Shown: positions 38,994 through 50,430 of the stretch, one piece after another | Layout: each line of letters opens with the position of its first letter | How positions within the stretch are numbered: the stretch's first letter is position 1 | NCBI GenBank assembly: GCA_001662655.1 | Contig: KV460209.1 | Length of the DNA stretch: 64,000 nt | Reading direction: 5' to 3' (one strand) | From: Pseudogymnoascus verrucosus | Lineage: Eukaryota | Notes under the pieces: model-generated | Databases searched by the model: none | What the model saw: only the letters and a program-made list of their open reading frames with translations | Told to the model about the DNA's origin: nothing | Made by a program: the position numbers and the translations under genes

Positions 38994-40417
38994 TTAAGCA
39001 GCAGCAGTGCAGTTCAAACCAAGCTCTGCCACGTTAATCTGTCATTTTAGTTAGCATAATTCTGTCATATCAGGGAACTGCAAAACTTACGTTAGAGCAT
39101 TTAGCCTGGCTCTTGCCACTGGGAGCCTTGACCTGGAAGTTCTCGGTGCGGATGTTCTCACACGCCTCTGGAGACGGGCAAGCAACAGTGGCGACATAGG
39201 GGTCGTACTTCTTGTTGGAGACGCCGGTGAAGTCCTTGAAAAGGACATCTGAGATGTGGAATTTCGGGGGGCGGGCAGCACAGGCCGCGGCATCCTTGAC
39301 GGTGTAGCAGCCCGTAACCTCAATCGGCCAGTCTACATTCTGCACGTCGTACTTGTCATAGACGACGTTCTTGACGTAGCCGCTGCCACCACCGGAGTTC
39401 ATGGTCACGTTGTCGGGGGCGCCGGGAAAGACCTTGATGCGGGCTCCGTCGCCGGCGTTGGACATGCTGGTGTTGTAGACGAGGACGTCCTCGACGATAT
39501 CAACGACGCCAACGTATTGACCCAGAGAGCCAACGGAGATGCCGTGAGATCCGTTGCAGCGGAGGTTCTGGACGAGGATCTGGGTGCTGTTTGGCTTGAA
39601 CGAAACACAATCATCGGTATTATCAATGATTGAGTTCTGGATAACGATGCTGGAAGAACGGTAGGTGTCCCAGCCGTCGGTGTTCTTGGCTGGGTTGCCG
39701 ACAGCGGCAACCTTCAGGTTCATGTTATCAATAACGATGTTGGTGGAGTTTGCGACCAGGTTGAACCAGTTGGGCGGGTTCACCATGTTGAGGTTGGACA
39801 TGGTGCCACCCTCCAGGCCGTCAATGACGAATAGGAGAGGCCTCTTGGCAGTTGGCTCCTTGACAAATAAATCATACCAGACCTGCCCTTTTCCATCGAT
39901 CACGCCGCCGCCAAAGATGTTGACATCCTTGCCGCCAACAGCGAAAAATGCGCTGGAGTCTTGGAACTTGTACTTCAACGAATTGGCTTGCCAGTAATTG
40001 GTATCCGTGGTAAACGTCAAAGTTCCTTGGATATCTGATAACAGTTAGAAGCTGACGCTATGATTTCAGAGAAGGATACGTACCCCAGTCGACATGCTTC
40101 AAAAATGTCAGGTCCATGACCGTGCCAATGGTGTAGGTAACGCCTTTATCAAGGACGACATGACCGCCATTGTTGCATTCATGGAATGACTTCAAGAGAG
40201 CCGCAGAGTCATCTGCAGTACCGCCCTTGACATGGCAAGTCTTGTGTCTCGGAGGCGAATTCCTGGGCAGCTTCGTCTTCAAAGTCTTAGGACCAACATG
40301 GATTTGAGGACGGGTTTTCGGGACGCCTGGGACGCCGGGGTGATTGGATGCCGGCACTGTCAACGCATCGACAGCGAGAAGCTGGAGGGCCAAAGTAAGA
40401 ACGTAAGAGAGCTGCAT
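38994..40417 (-). CDS. Secreted GH28 exo-polygalacturonase (PgaX-like)
   Basis: Signal peptide MQLSYVL; RHKTCHV, KNTDGWDTYRS, DDCVSFKPNST, GSHGISVGSLGQY and RIK; two introns (last 39090-39039). Confidence 0.92.
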
Positions 40418-41469
40418 GATTGACACGTGATTATCGAATTCGATGTGGATGCAGGCATATTGATTTGCGGAGCTCTTCTATATAAATATCTACGCCTCAA
40501 TTGAGGGGAACTGTGCAATCTCTCGTCCAGACTTGGCTCTATCCAACAATACAAGAATAGGAGAATATTTACTCCGTGAGAAGAACGCGCTTCTGCACCT
40601 CGTCCCGTTTGAGCAAAGATGTTCCGACGTCAATCATCAGATAGAAATGCTAGGACCCTGGTCTCGTTTACATTGGCGTCTGGGGTTTTCGGCTCGGGCA
40701 CGAGGTGATCGACCGCGAGCCGGTTCTGTTAGATCCAAGGGTATCCTTGGTTGGTGGGTTTAAATTTCCCCAACGCCTCCATATCAGCCATTTTTTTAGA
40801 GTAGCAAGGAGTCCACGAGCTTCGTATAAAAAATGTGTTTATGACGAGGTGTCGTTAAAATAGGTTGTAGGAGCTTCCATTTACCCGGATGTTCCCGTCC
40901 CCCAGTATGCATGGGGTCAATTTACCCAGAGGCGTCCGGCAGGCATGTTCATTTACCCAAAAGCCACCGGTATGCGTGTTCATTTATCCAAAGGTTTAGC
41001 CACGCTGGGTCGTCCGAGGTTCATTGCCCATTGGCTCGAAAATACATGTCAATCGCGACGAAATCAAACTCCCTTGCTGGTGCCGCGCCATACAAGCAGA
41101 TCAGAAGGAAGTGCCTCTCGCTCAAGCATTTTGTTCCCCCGCACATCAATGCATGGCTAGGGCTGAGTGGGGTACTGCAACCTTACCAAGCCACAGGTAC
41201 CGACGGGTGGGGAAGATTGCGGAGTAGCCGTGGTAGCCGTGGTAGCCGTAGAGCTGGGGTTCTCATCAGTTCTTACTTTACAACTCTTCGTATCTCGGTT
41301 AGCAGCAACATTACAGTGGCTTTCTCATTAGAGCAAGTTATGAAGTGTCAAAATATTTGATTCTCCGTCTGAATAAGGTTTTCCCGGCCTATTTACCCGC
41401 CTGTCACTTCCTTCCCGACTACAATCCACCAACCATGTGCTGTGGACCTTTGTTCGCATCTCATTCAGC

Positions 41470-42702
41470 TCATCCTGAAGCCCCTGAGCTACAGGTTATC
41501 CCAGCGCTGCTACTGACACCATTGCAGAGGTTCTTGGCCGTGCCGCTCGGTGGGTTCACGGCGTAGTTGGTGAAGTGAATATCACAGGATCCCGTGAGCT
41601 TGCAGTTAAGGTTTGACACCACTGGCGCATACTTGGAGTTGGTCGTGCCCTTGAAATTCTTGAAGTTGATCCCCGTCAAGCTTGCTGATGCCGGGTTCGC
41701 AGCGCAGTCCGCATCAGACGACGCGCCGTAGCAGGTTTGGATTTGAGCAGCATACTCGCATCCGTTGACAGTGACCCCGTCATACGTGACGTTGGAGACG
41801 GTGGAAGAACCGTGGCTGGATCCGCCGTTGTACAGCTTAATGCCTACTGCCTTGGTGCAGTCGTTCATTATGGCGTTTGTGACATATACGTTCTTGACAG
41901 TATCCGCGTTGGTTTTACCAAGAGATCCGACAGAGAGGCCGTGACTAGCACCAGAGCATGTGACGCCATCGACAGTCACGTAGTTGCAGCCGCCCTTGAA
42001 AGCAATGCAGTCATCGTAGTTGGTGATTTTCACATCTTTGATGGTGGTGTAGGTGCTCTCTCCAACGTCAAATCCGTCGGTGTTCTTGGGAAGGTTGGTG
42101 GACTTGGACGCGGCATCCATGGTCAGGCTTGCGTAGTTCATGTTGGTTGCGGCACCCTTCTGGTTGATGAAGACGTTAGGGGGGTTCTTGATTCTGAACC
42201 CCGAGGCGACGAGGTTGGAACCACCCAGAACATTTAGCACGGTTGGTCGTTTAAGTGATGAATCTACTGCGAAAATATCATAGGCGTTTTGGCCGTTCCC
42301 ATCAATGACGCCGGTACCAGTGAGTGAGCGGAATTTGGCTCCATTGATGTTTTTCATCAAGATAATTGCTTCCTGGGTGGCCCAGTACGTGGTATCACTG
42401 GATACTTTCAACAAAGCTTCAAACTGGAAATCGCAGTTTGTGCAACCAGTGAAATCCAGCATAGTCCGGATGCTGTAGGTCTTGCCAGCTGGAAGGACAA
42501 TTGTGCCTCCATTGCCACATGAAGTTATAGCTGCTTTGATGGCTGGAGTATCATCCTTCGAAGTGTCGTCAAGACTGGCTGGAGTGCATGTAGCCCGCTT
42601 TGCATGGGCCACGCGGTCTGGCACGAGCCCATCTGCGGGTGCAGCAAAGGTAGAAGTAGCCCCAAGGGCAACAAGAAGCAGATTGAGTGAGAGAGCCAAC
42701 AT
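41470..42702 (-). CDS. xghA: Secreted GH28 endo-xylogalacturonan hydrolase (XghA-like)
   Basis: Signal peptide and KR propeptide; SCGNGGTIV, RSLTG.GVIDGNGQ, KNPPNVF, KNTDGFD.GESTY, SHG.SVGSLGK, HG.STVSNVT and terminal C.SGASG match recalled Aspergillus XghA. Confidence 0.9.
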   Translation of the reverse strand: MLALSLNLLLVALGATSTFAAPADGLVPDRVAHAKRATCTPASLDDTSKDDTPAIKAAITSCGNGGTIVLPAGKTYSIRTMLDFTGCTNCDFQFEALLKVSSDTTYWATQEAIILMKNINGAKFRSLTGTGVIDGNGQNAYDIFAVDSSLKRPTVLNVLGGSNLVASGFRIKNPPNVFINQKGAATNMNYASLTMDAASKSTNLPKNTDGFDVGESTYTTIKDVKITNYDDCIAFKGGCNYVTVDGVTCSGASHGLSVGSLGKTNADTVKNVYVTNAIMNDCTKAVGIKLYNGGSSHGSSTVSNVTYDGVTVNGCEYAAQIQTCYGASSDADCAANPASASLTGINFKNFKGTTNSKYAPVVSNLNCKLTGSCDIHFTNYAVNPPSGTAKNLCNGVSSSAGITCSSGASG

Positions 42703-43063
42703 GATGAACAGTGGGGAGCAAAGAGTCTGGAACGAAAATCAGAGAAAGGGAGGTCGCCGGCAGCAGCTATATACACCCTTGTTATGCCATGCCGTACGGT
42801 AAAACTAACGTGCCAGTGAATTGATAGCCGTTGAAGACTGATCATGTGAAGATCGGCATATAGTGCTGTCAGTTCATTTAAGAAATTTTAGAGTTCCTCC
42901 TTGGTGGAATATCCCTGTATTTGAAACGTATCGGTGAAATATAACAACACTATAATAACTGGGTATATGATATTATCTTTTGTATGTATAATAAACATAG
43001 GTGCCCTCGAGAAAAAACTAGTCGAGCAACTCAACCATCTTAAAAATCTTGTCGTCTATCATC

Positions 43064-44219
43064 ATGAAGTTTACCCTCCTTGTTTCAGGAGCCTTGGCTC
43101 TTCTGGGGATCGGCGAGGCGATGGCCGCCCCGAGCCCTGCACTGGTCAAAAGAACGGCCCGCACAAGCACCCCTACCGGATGCTTGACGGTTCGGGGATC
43201 AGGGACTAAGAGTGGTGAGTATTCAACCATGACCGCTGCTCTTGCTGCCTTGGGTTCCGGATCTGCATCTGCATGCATCTTCGTGTACAGCGGTACATAT
43301 AACGAAGCATTCCGCATCGCATACAATGGTCCATTGATTCTGTATGGTTATACTGCCGAGTGAGTTATATCATCTATTCACCTTGCAGTTTCTAACCTTC
43401 TCATAGTACCGGCACATACAAGTCCAATGTAGTCACCTTCCAGCGTAGTATGAGTTCGACGGATGCTGGCAACCTTGATGCCTCTTCAGTGGCCAACATT
43501 GTAAGCGCCAACTTCAAGGCCTACAACATCAACTTCAAGAACACCTATGGCTCCGGGTCCCAAGCCGTTGCTGTAACAGCCAATGGCGACAAGCAGGGCT
43601 TCTACGGGTGCGGATTCTACGGTTATCAGGATACTCTCTATGCCAAAAATGGCAAGCAGTACTATTCCAATTGCTACATGGAGGGGGCCGTTGATTATAT
43701 CTTTGGAAACGCTGCTGCTTGGTTTGGCGAATGCACTATTGCAAGCAATGGCGGCGGCGCCATCACTGCTACTTCACGAGAAGATCCAGCTGATGCTTCC
43801 CGCTACGTCTTCGACCACAGCACTGTAGGTTCCTCAAGTCGCACAGTAACTGCGTCGGTCCAGTTTCTAACATATAACAGGTTACCGCTGCCTCTGGGGC
43901 TAGTGTCGTTGGGAAGGTGTACCTCGGCCGACCGTGGAGAGTTTTGTCTCGCGTCATGTTCCAAAACTCTGTGCTAACAAACGTCGTGAATGCAAAGGGC
44001 TGGACTACCATGGCGGACGGAGCGACCCCGTAAGTAGCTGTCCATCTTCATACCAAAATACAGAACTAACAAAAAGACAGGATCTATACCGAGTACAACA
44101 ACAGTGGTGCGGGAAGCGATACCTCGTCTAGACAATTTTTGACCGCGTCCTCGGCTGCGATTAGCAAAGAGACTGTGTGGGGCAGCGATTGGAAAACTTG
44201 GGTCGACACATCCTACTAG
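43064..44219 (+). CDS. Secreted pectin methylesterase, CE8 (PmeA-like)
   Basis: Signal peptide and KR; RTSTPTGCLTV, QAVA, GYQDTL, EGAVDYIFG and YLGRPW; three introns; ends DWKTWVDTSY*. Confidence 0.93.
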
Positions 44220-45230
44220 GAGCCTTGCTACCAGTTCGAAGTTTCCCCGCGGGGTGGAGTGGGATGTAGTGGGGATGATGATGGGGTAGGATATCTGAGG
44301 GTAAAAATGTGAAATAGTCCGTCCTTCGTTGGGATCCACTACCCCGGGTTTACGATTTTTTTACTTCTTGTCTATAGCCTACTTGTTTATAGTCTTGATC
44401 TTGAAATCAAATCAAATTCAGTGAAATAGGTCCCAGTTTCATTAATAAGGAAAGAGCTTCAAATTTTACTGATGTAGGCCAGAAGCCTCTAACATCGGCT
44501 GCACGGCGATACGGTCAGTCTATGCACAGCTAATATAAGAGGAGCACCTAGTCTTACCGCTCCCGAGAACCACGAGTTCCGTTCCACATCACGGCTACAC
44601 TTCCCCGCGACTTTTGATGACAGCACATGGTCCATAGATCCGTGTTCCTCATAGAGTAATTACTATGAAGTAGTAGGGAAGCGTCGTCAGATCCTCCACG
44701 GCCCTTGTTCGTTACGGATACTCTTTAGGATATGTCGGCGTTCGTCGGCTCCTCTCCGCCCGAGTATTGAACTGTAAGACCAATGGTACCCTAGGTATTT
44801 TAAGAATAAGGCCCACTTGGCACGCCGGGTAAAGGGAAATCAGACCAACGTTTAACCGGACCTGGGGTTTTCGACTTTATCCACTAACATGTGTTGAAAC
44901 TGTGGCGACAGTCTCCAGTCCCCACGATTACAGTCCGTTCGTATGGTGGATTATTCTCCAGGTTTTGAATCCCTATCACGCTTAAATTTCCCGTCATGGC
45001 ACAAGACCCAATGTCTTGGGCCAGTAATGTCGCGTGGAGAATGGATATGGAATTTAGTTTTTCCATCTGTAATCGCAGTTGGTGCTTTCGGTGGACGGGA
45101 TGTAGTAAAGGGGGCCCAGCGTATCAATGAGAGCTTCCTATAAGAATGTAGGCCCATGACATTTTATAGGAATCAGCTTGGCTCTTTCCAACAACTCCGC
45201 GGATACTGCTCATTAATACCGCCTTTGAAA

Positions 45231-47154
45231 ATGGTTTTCTTCAAGACTACAAAGAAGAGATGGTACAATTGGTAGGCAATTCTCACTCCACGAGCCGTGA
45301 CCACACACGCTAATCCTATCCGCTTCAGGTACATCTCGCTCGTTGCCGCAGCATGCATGGTGCTGTACGGTTATGATGCGTCGACCTATAATGGTAAGTT
45401 TGATATGTCAGGAACGTTATAAACTATAATTATGTTAACACGAATAGCCTGCCAGAACTCCCCTCATTGGGTGGATTACTTCGACAACCCCGTAAGTATA
45501 AATCTTGCCCCTATCTAGACTCATGCTGATCACGTGATTATACAGAATTCCTACACTCTCGGTCTCATTAATACGTCCTACAATATTGGCGGCATCGTTT
45601 CTGGTTTCTTTTTCGGCGGGCCAATTGTATGTTGACCTCCAGTCATTGTGATAAAGTGTGGCAACTGACAGCTCTAAAGGCCGATAGATTCGGGCGAAGA
45701 TGGGGAATGGGAATTGGTTGCTTCATGACCATCATCGCTACTTTCATGCAAACATTTGCACCTGAGCATAATGTTGGTGTCTTTATCGCCGGTCGTGTCA
45801 TTATTGGACTTGGCCAGGGTATTGCATTGAGTATGTGCTCCCATTTTTGCCTGCCCCAATCATGACAATCAAAGAGCTATAGCTGACCGGCATACCCATA
45901 GCTTCTGGACCAATTTACATCGGAGAGTTGGCCCCTACCGAGATTCGTGGCCAAATCATGGGCTTCTGGCAGTTGTTCTACTCTGTGGGATCCTTCATTG
46001 CATACTGGATTGCATACGCCACTGGACTTCATTCCGAGGCCTTGGGCCAATGGGACTGGAAGTTGGTCATCATCTTCCAGATTATGGTCCCTGCAATCAT
46101 CTGCGTTCTCTTGCCATTCATTCCAGAGACGCCCAGATGGTACATTCAAAAAGGCAGAATTGAAGAAGCAAGGGCATCGCTCATGAAGATTCGTGACACA
46201 CCTGAAGAAGTCGAAGAGGAGATCTTGATGATTCGCGAGGCAATGGCATACGAAAACGAAATGAACAGTGGCAACCAGGGTCTATCCCAGTACAAGGCTT
46301 TGCTTACGGACAGGTCTGTTCGTAAGCGTCTTTGGATTGCCTTCATTATCAACGGCGGGCAGCAGCTCACTGGCCAAGGCAGTCTCAACTCATACTCGTC
46401 GCAGATCTACAAGGGAATCTACAAGGATAAGCACACCATCGATTTGATCAATGCCATCAACGGAACTTGCGGTATTCTGTTCACATTGAACGCTGTCTGG
46501 ACTGTCGATCGATACGGCCGAAAGTTCCTCTTCATCGTAGGAGGAATCGGAATGGCAGTCTGCATGATCGCTTTTGCATCCGTCGGCATCGCCACCCCTG
46601 ACACCTTCTACCTGTCCAAAGGAAAGGAAGTTCTCACCAAAGAGCAGCCCGTCGGCATTGCCCTCACGTTCTTGCTCTTCCTCTTCATCTTCTTCTACAA
46701 GCCAACTTGGGGTGCAACCACCTGGATTTGGACCGCTGAAGTCTTCTCGATGAACGTCCGCGCCCAAGCTGTCGGCATGTGCTCGCAGTGGCAGAACGTC
46801 TCCAACCTGATCTTTAACCAGTTCTTCCCAGTCTTCCTAGCCAAGGCTAGTTTGTAAGTCTCTCAACCTCCTTGCTGATTTCCATAGCTAACTTGTCGCA
46901 GCTACACCTTCTACTTCTTTGGTGGGATCAACGTTATGCTTGCCATATTTGTCTTGTTCATCGTCCCAGAGACGAGGAACGTCATGCTGGAGGAGATGGA
47001 CACTCTCTTCGGTGGACCTAACCATATCGAGAAGGGAGGAGCCCAGCTCTTTGAAAATGGTGACGACAAGGTTGGTACTACTGCAAACACGGAGCTCAAG
47101 AACATCGCTGTGGAGGAAGAGCATGCGCCCGCTGTTGCTGGGTCAAAGGTTTAG
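45231..47154 (+). CDS. MFS sugar porter family transporter (lactose/oligosaccharide-permease-like)
   Basis: Six introns splice to give YGYDAS, DYFDNP, ADRFGRR, GELAPTEIRG, PETPRW, QQLTGQ, VDRYGRK, W.WTAEVF...VRA and VPETR..LEEMD.LF. Confidence 0.92.
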
Positions 47155-48091
47155 TGGTTGTCTGGTTGGAAACTCTGTGTCGTTTGACATGTGAGTGGTA
47201 CATCATGGCGAGGAAGAGGAGCCTTTCTAGAGGCCGGTTCTATACAGCAACATAAACCACAATATTAGCGAGCTAGTCTCTAATATATTTTAATTGATTG
47301 CTGGAACAATAACTGCGTACGCAATTTATATGGTTTATTTGTTTGAATGTGACTATGAGTGCATCGGGGTCTGGCGTCTCTGAGTATGAGTATTCAACGC
47401 CCAGAATATTCGGTTTTAAAGCTATGCTACCCACGCCCATCCCATCGTTGTGATATTGCCCCTGTAATAGTTCTCATGCTCCATCTAGGCTTGGAAATAC
47501 GATTGTGAAGAAAGGAATGTGCTAAAATCTGCTGCCGTTGTATAGATCTCCCAAATGACTTGCAACGCTTGTCGTCAACAATACAAGTAAATTAACACTA
47601 CTCATGCTTTCCAAGATATCAGAGAACAGATTATATACGTCTGGGGATCGATAACTGCAACTAAAGTCAATAGAACTTTTCCCCTGTTTAATTTTCCCGT
47701 AGCTAATCTTCTGGTTTTTTTTTATGTATAATAATATTTAATTATCAAGGTATTTTATTGATAGTTGCTATAATTTTCAACAACAATAATATAGTCTACA
47801 GACTACTTTTAGTCCCCTAGAAACTATTATAGATATTGTATATCTTAGGCTTTGAGGCAGCATTAATAATCTACAGTGTTTAAGTTTTTATATCCGTGTA
47901 GTATGCATTCAACTGTCGAGAGTACTCGAGCAACACTGGTGGCGTATAATACCGTGACAATTACCATCGGATCAGTCATCACTCACAGCTTCCGTAGAGG
48001 TTAAAGGCTTGCATGTCATTATTTTACGAGTCTTTGTTTATTTAACAATCAACAAGATAGTGGTCGGTGTCAATCATCCCCATTGTTGCTC

Positions 48092-48146
48092 CACTGCTCA
48101 GGGTCTAACTTAATCACTGCACTGCTCAGGGTCGAGCTTAATCACT
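48092..48146. repeat. 28-bp-period tandem duplication CACTGCTCAGGGTC.A.CTTAATCACT
   Basis: Copies at 48092-48118 and 48120-48146 with 2 mismatches. Confidence 0.85.
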
Positions 48147-48230
48147 CACGAATTCCATAATCTTGAAAACGCTTGCTTGATATTCATGTCCATTATTTTA
48201 CAAGCTTCGTCTATTTAACAATACACACGC

Positions 48231-50094
48231 CTAATGGCCGTGTCCATCATCGCCGTCGCCACGCTGTTCAGGATCCAATTTTATCATCGTATCTATGCGC
48301 ATGATCGATATGCACGCCTCGACCGCCGACTTCAATTGCCTGATCTTGCTCATGCTTGGCTCAAGCACGCCAGCCTTGATCTCATCGACCACCTTGCCCT
48401 TCGTCAGGTCCAACCCGTAGTTCTTGTAGTTCTTCTTCTTCGCAATGCTCTTCTCGTCCTCATTCGCATCTCCGTCCTTGATGCGCTGGGATAAGGCGTG
48501 GCGGGAACGGAGCTGTGCAACGAGTTCTGAGGAGTCCTTTGCAGCGTTGACAGCAAGGGTCTTGGGAATGATGAGGAGAGCCTGGGCGAATTCGCCAATG
48601 GCGAGCTGCTCGCGGGAACCAACGGTGCCGGCGAACTCCTCCAGGTAGATGTGGAGAGCTGTCTCGACGGCGCCGCCACCTGGGACGATGGAGCCACTTT
48701 CGAGGGTACGCTTGACAGCGCAGAGGGAGTCGTGGACGGATCTCTCCATCTCGTCCAGCTGGAAGTCGTTCGCACCGCGGAGAATGATGGACGCAGAGGT
48801 GTGGACCTTGGTGCCCTTGACCAAGATGCACTCGTCGTCTGAAATTCTCTCCTGGACAACCTCCTCGGCGTAACCCAACGACGAAGCCTCGAACTTCTCG
48901 TCACCGTTAAGGTCGGATAGCGAGGAGACGAGGGTAGCACCGGTGGCTTTGGCGATTCTGCGAAGATCCTCCTTCTTACAGCGGCGGACAGCCATGGCAC
49001 CCTTCTCGATGAAGAGCTTGAGGACCAAGTCATCAATTCCCTTGGTGGTGAAGATGACGTTTGCTCCGGACTTCAGGATCATCTCAACTCTGTCCATAAC
49101 GATACCTGACTCGCGCTGTCTGATTTGCTCAAGCTGTTGCGGGTCGTCGATTGTGATGTGAACTCCCAACTTCATTCTCTCCTTTTGTAGGTTCATGTCT
49201 AAAACGGCGATCTTGGCATCCTTGACATGGGTAGTCATTGCCTGCGAAGCGACAGTGCAGTTAAGCGCGTATCCCTTCACCAGAATAGACTCCAATGCCC
49301 CCTTTCCGTGAGCCTTGAGGATATTGACTGCCTTGACTGGGTATTTCGTCTCATTTCTGTTGTTTGTCGACTTGACTGCCTGCATAGCATCCACAACCAT
49401 GTTCGCAAAGAAGTCGGAGTCAGATCCGATAATTTTGCTGGACATCGAGGTTTTGGCGATGTTGATGAGCGATTCCCGTCCGAGGTTGTCGACCTTCACG
49501 CTGATGTTCTCGTGCATGTATTTGACGGCTTCGCGGAGGGCAAGGCGGTAACCTGTGATGATTGTGGTTGGGTGTATGCGGTTCTTCATAAGGTCGTTTC
49601 CTCGTCGGAGGAGCTCTGCTGCTATTATGACAACGGAAGTCGTTCCATCTCCAACCTCCTTATCTTGCTGTTGTGCCAGCTCCACCAAGATTTTTCCGGC
49701 CGGGTGTTCGACATCTAATAGAGACAGGATGGTAGCTCCGTCGTTTGTAACCGTAACGTCCTGTAGGAAAACGTCAATAGGGGAAATAGGGATAGATGTG
49801 GCATCGTGCGTACTCCTATGTCATCCACCATCATCTTGTCTAAGCCACTGGGGCCAAACGAACTCTTCACTACATTGGCAATGGCTTGAGTAGCGAGAAC
49901 TAAGAACTTGTCAGTATGTATGTCTGTTGCTGGGGTGTATAATCTGCCATACCATTCTGATCACGAATATCTGATCCGCTGATCTTTGTTCCTCCCAGGA
50001 CTAAACATTTATCAGTCCATATTGGTTAATATAAGCAGTTGGATTTCATACAAAGCGTTCCCGCATTCCTAGGCTGTTCGAATAATCCAGACAT
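48231..50094 (-). CDS. TCP1: T-complex protein 1 alpha subunit (CCT1)
   Basis: Start [42 protein letters not shown] and PGGGAVE; three short 5' introns. Confidence 0.96.
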
Positions 50095-50430
50095 GATGGC
50101 GTATATGGGTCTGTAGCAACACTTTACTGCAGCTATCTCAACCTCACACACCGTCGCGAAAATGTTCAGAGACGCGGCGAAGCTTGGACGCTAGCAACAA
50201 CAAGGTTAGCGCCAAAAGTGCTGGGGTGGTGTCGGCTAAACCGCGCTAATGGTGGGGGGACAGCGCGGGAGGTCACTCGGACTTCAGGGTTCACACACCG
50301 AATGAGTCGAGAACAATATTTTGTTGTCCACCTGACAACTCGACACTGATAAGAACTTCAACCCCCAAATTCAAGCCATATATACATCTACAGACGCCGA
50401 ATACAATATCTACTGTGATATACAGTGAGA

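Noticed and set aside
12488..45537. Recurrent CACGTGA E-boxes in several promoters
   Set aside because: Common Cbf1-like fungal motif, also present in an intron; not specific to any system here.
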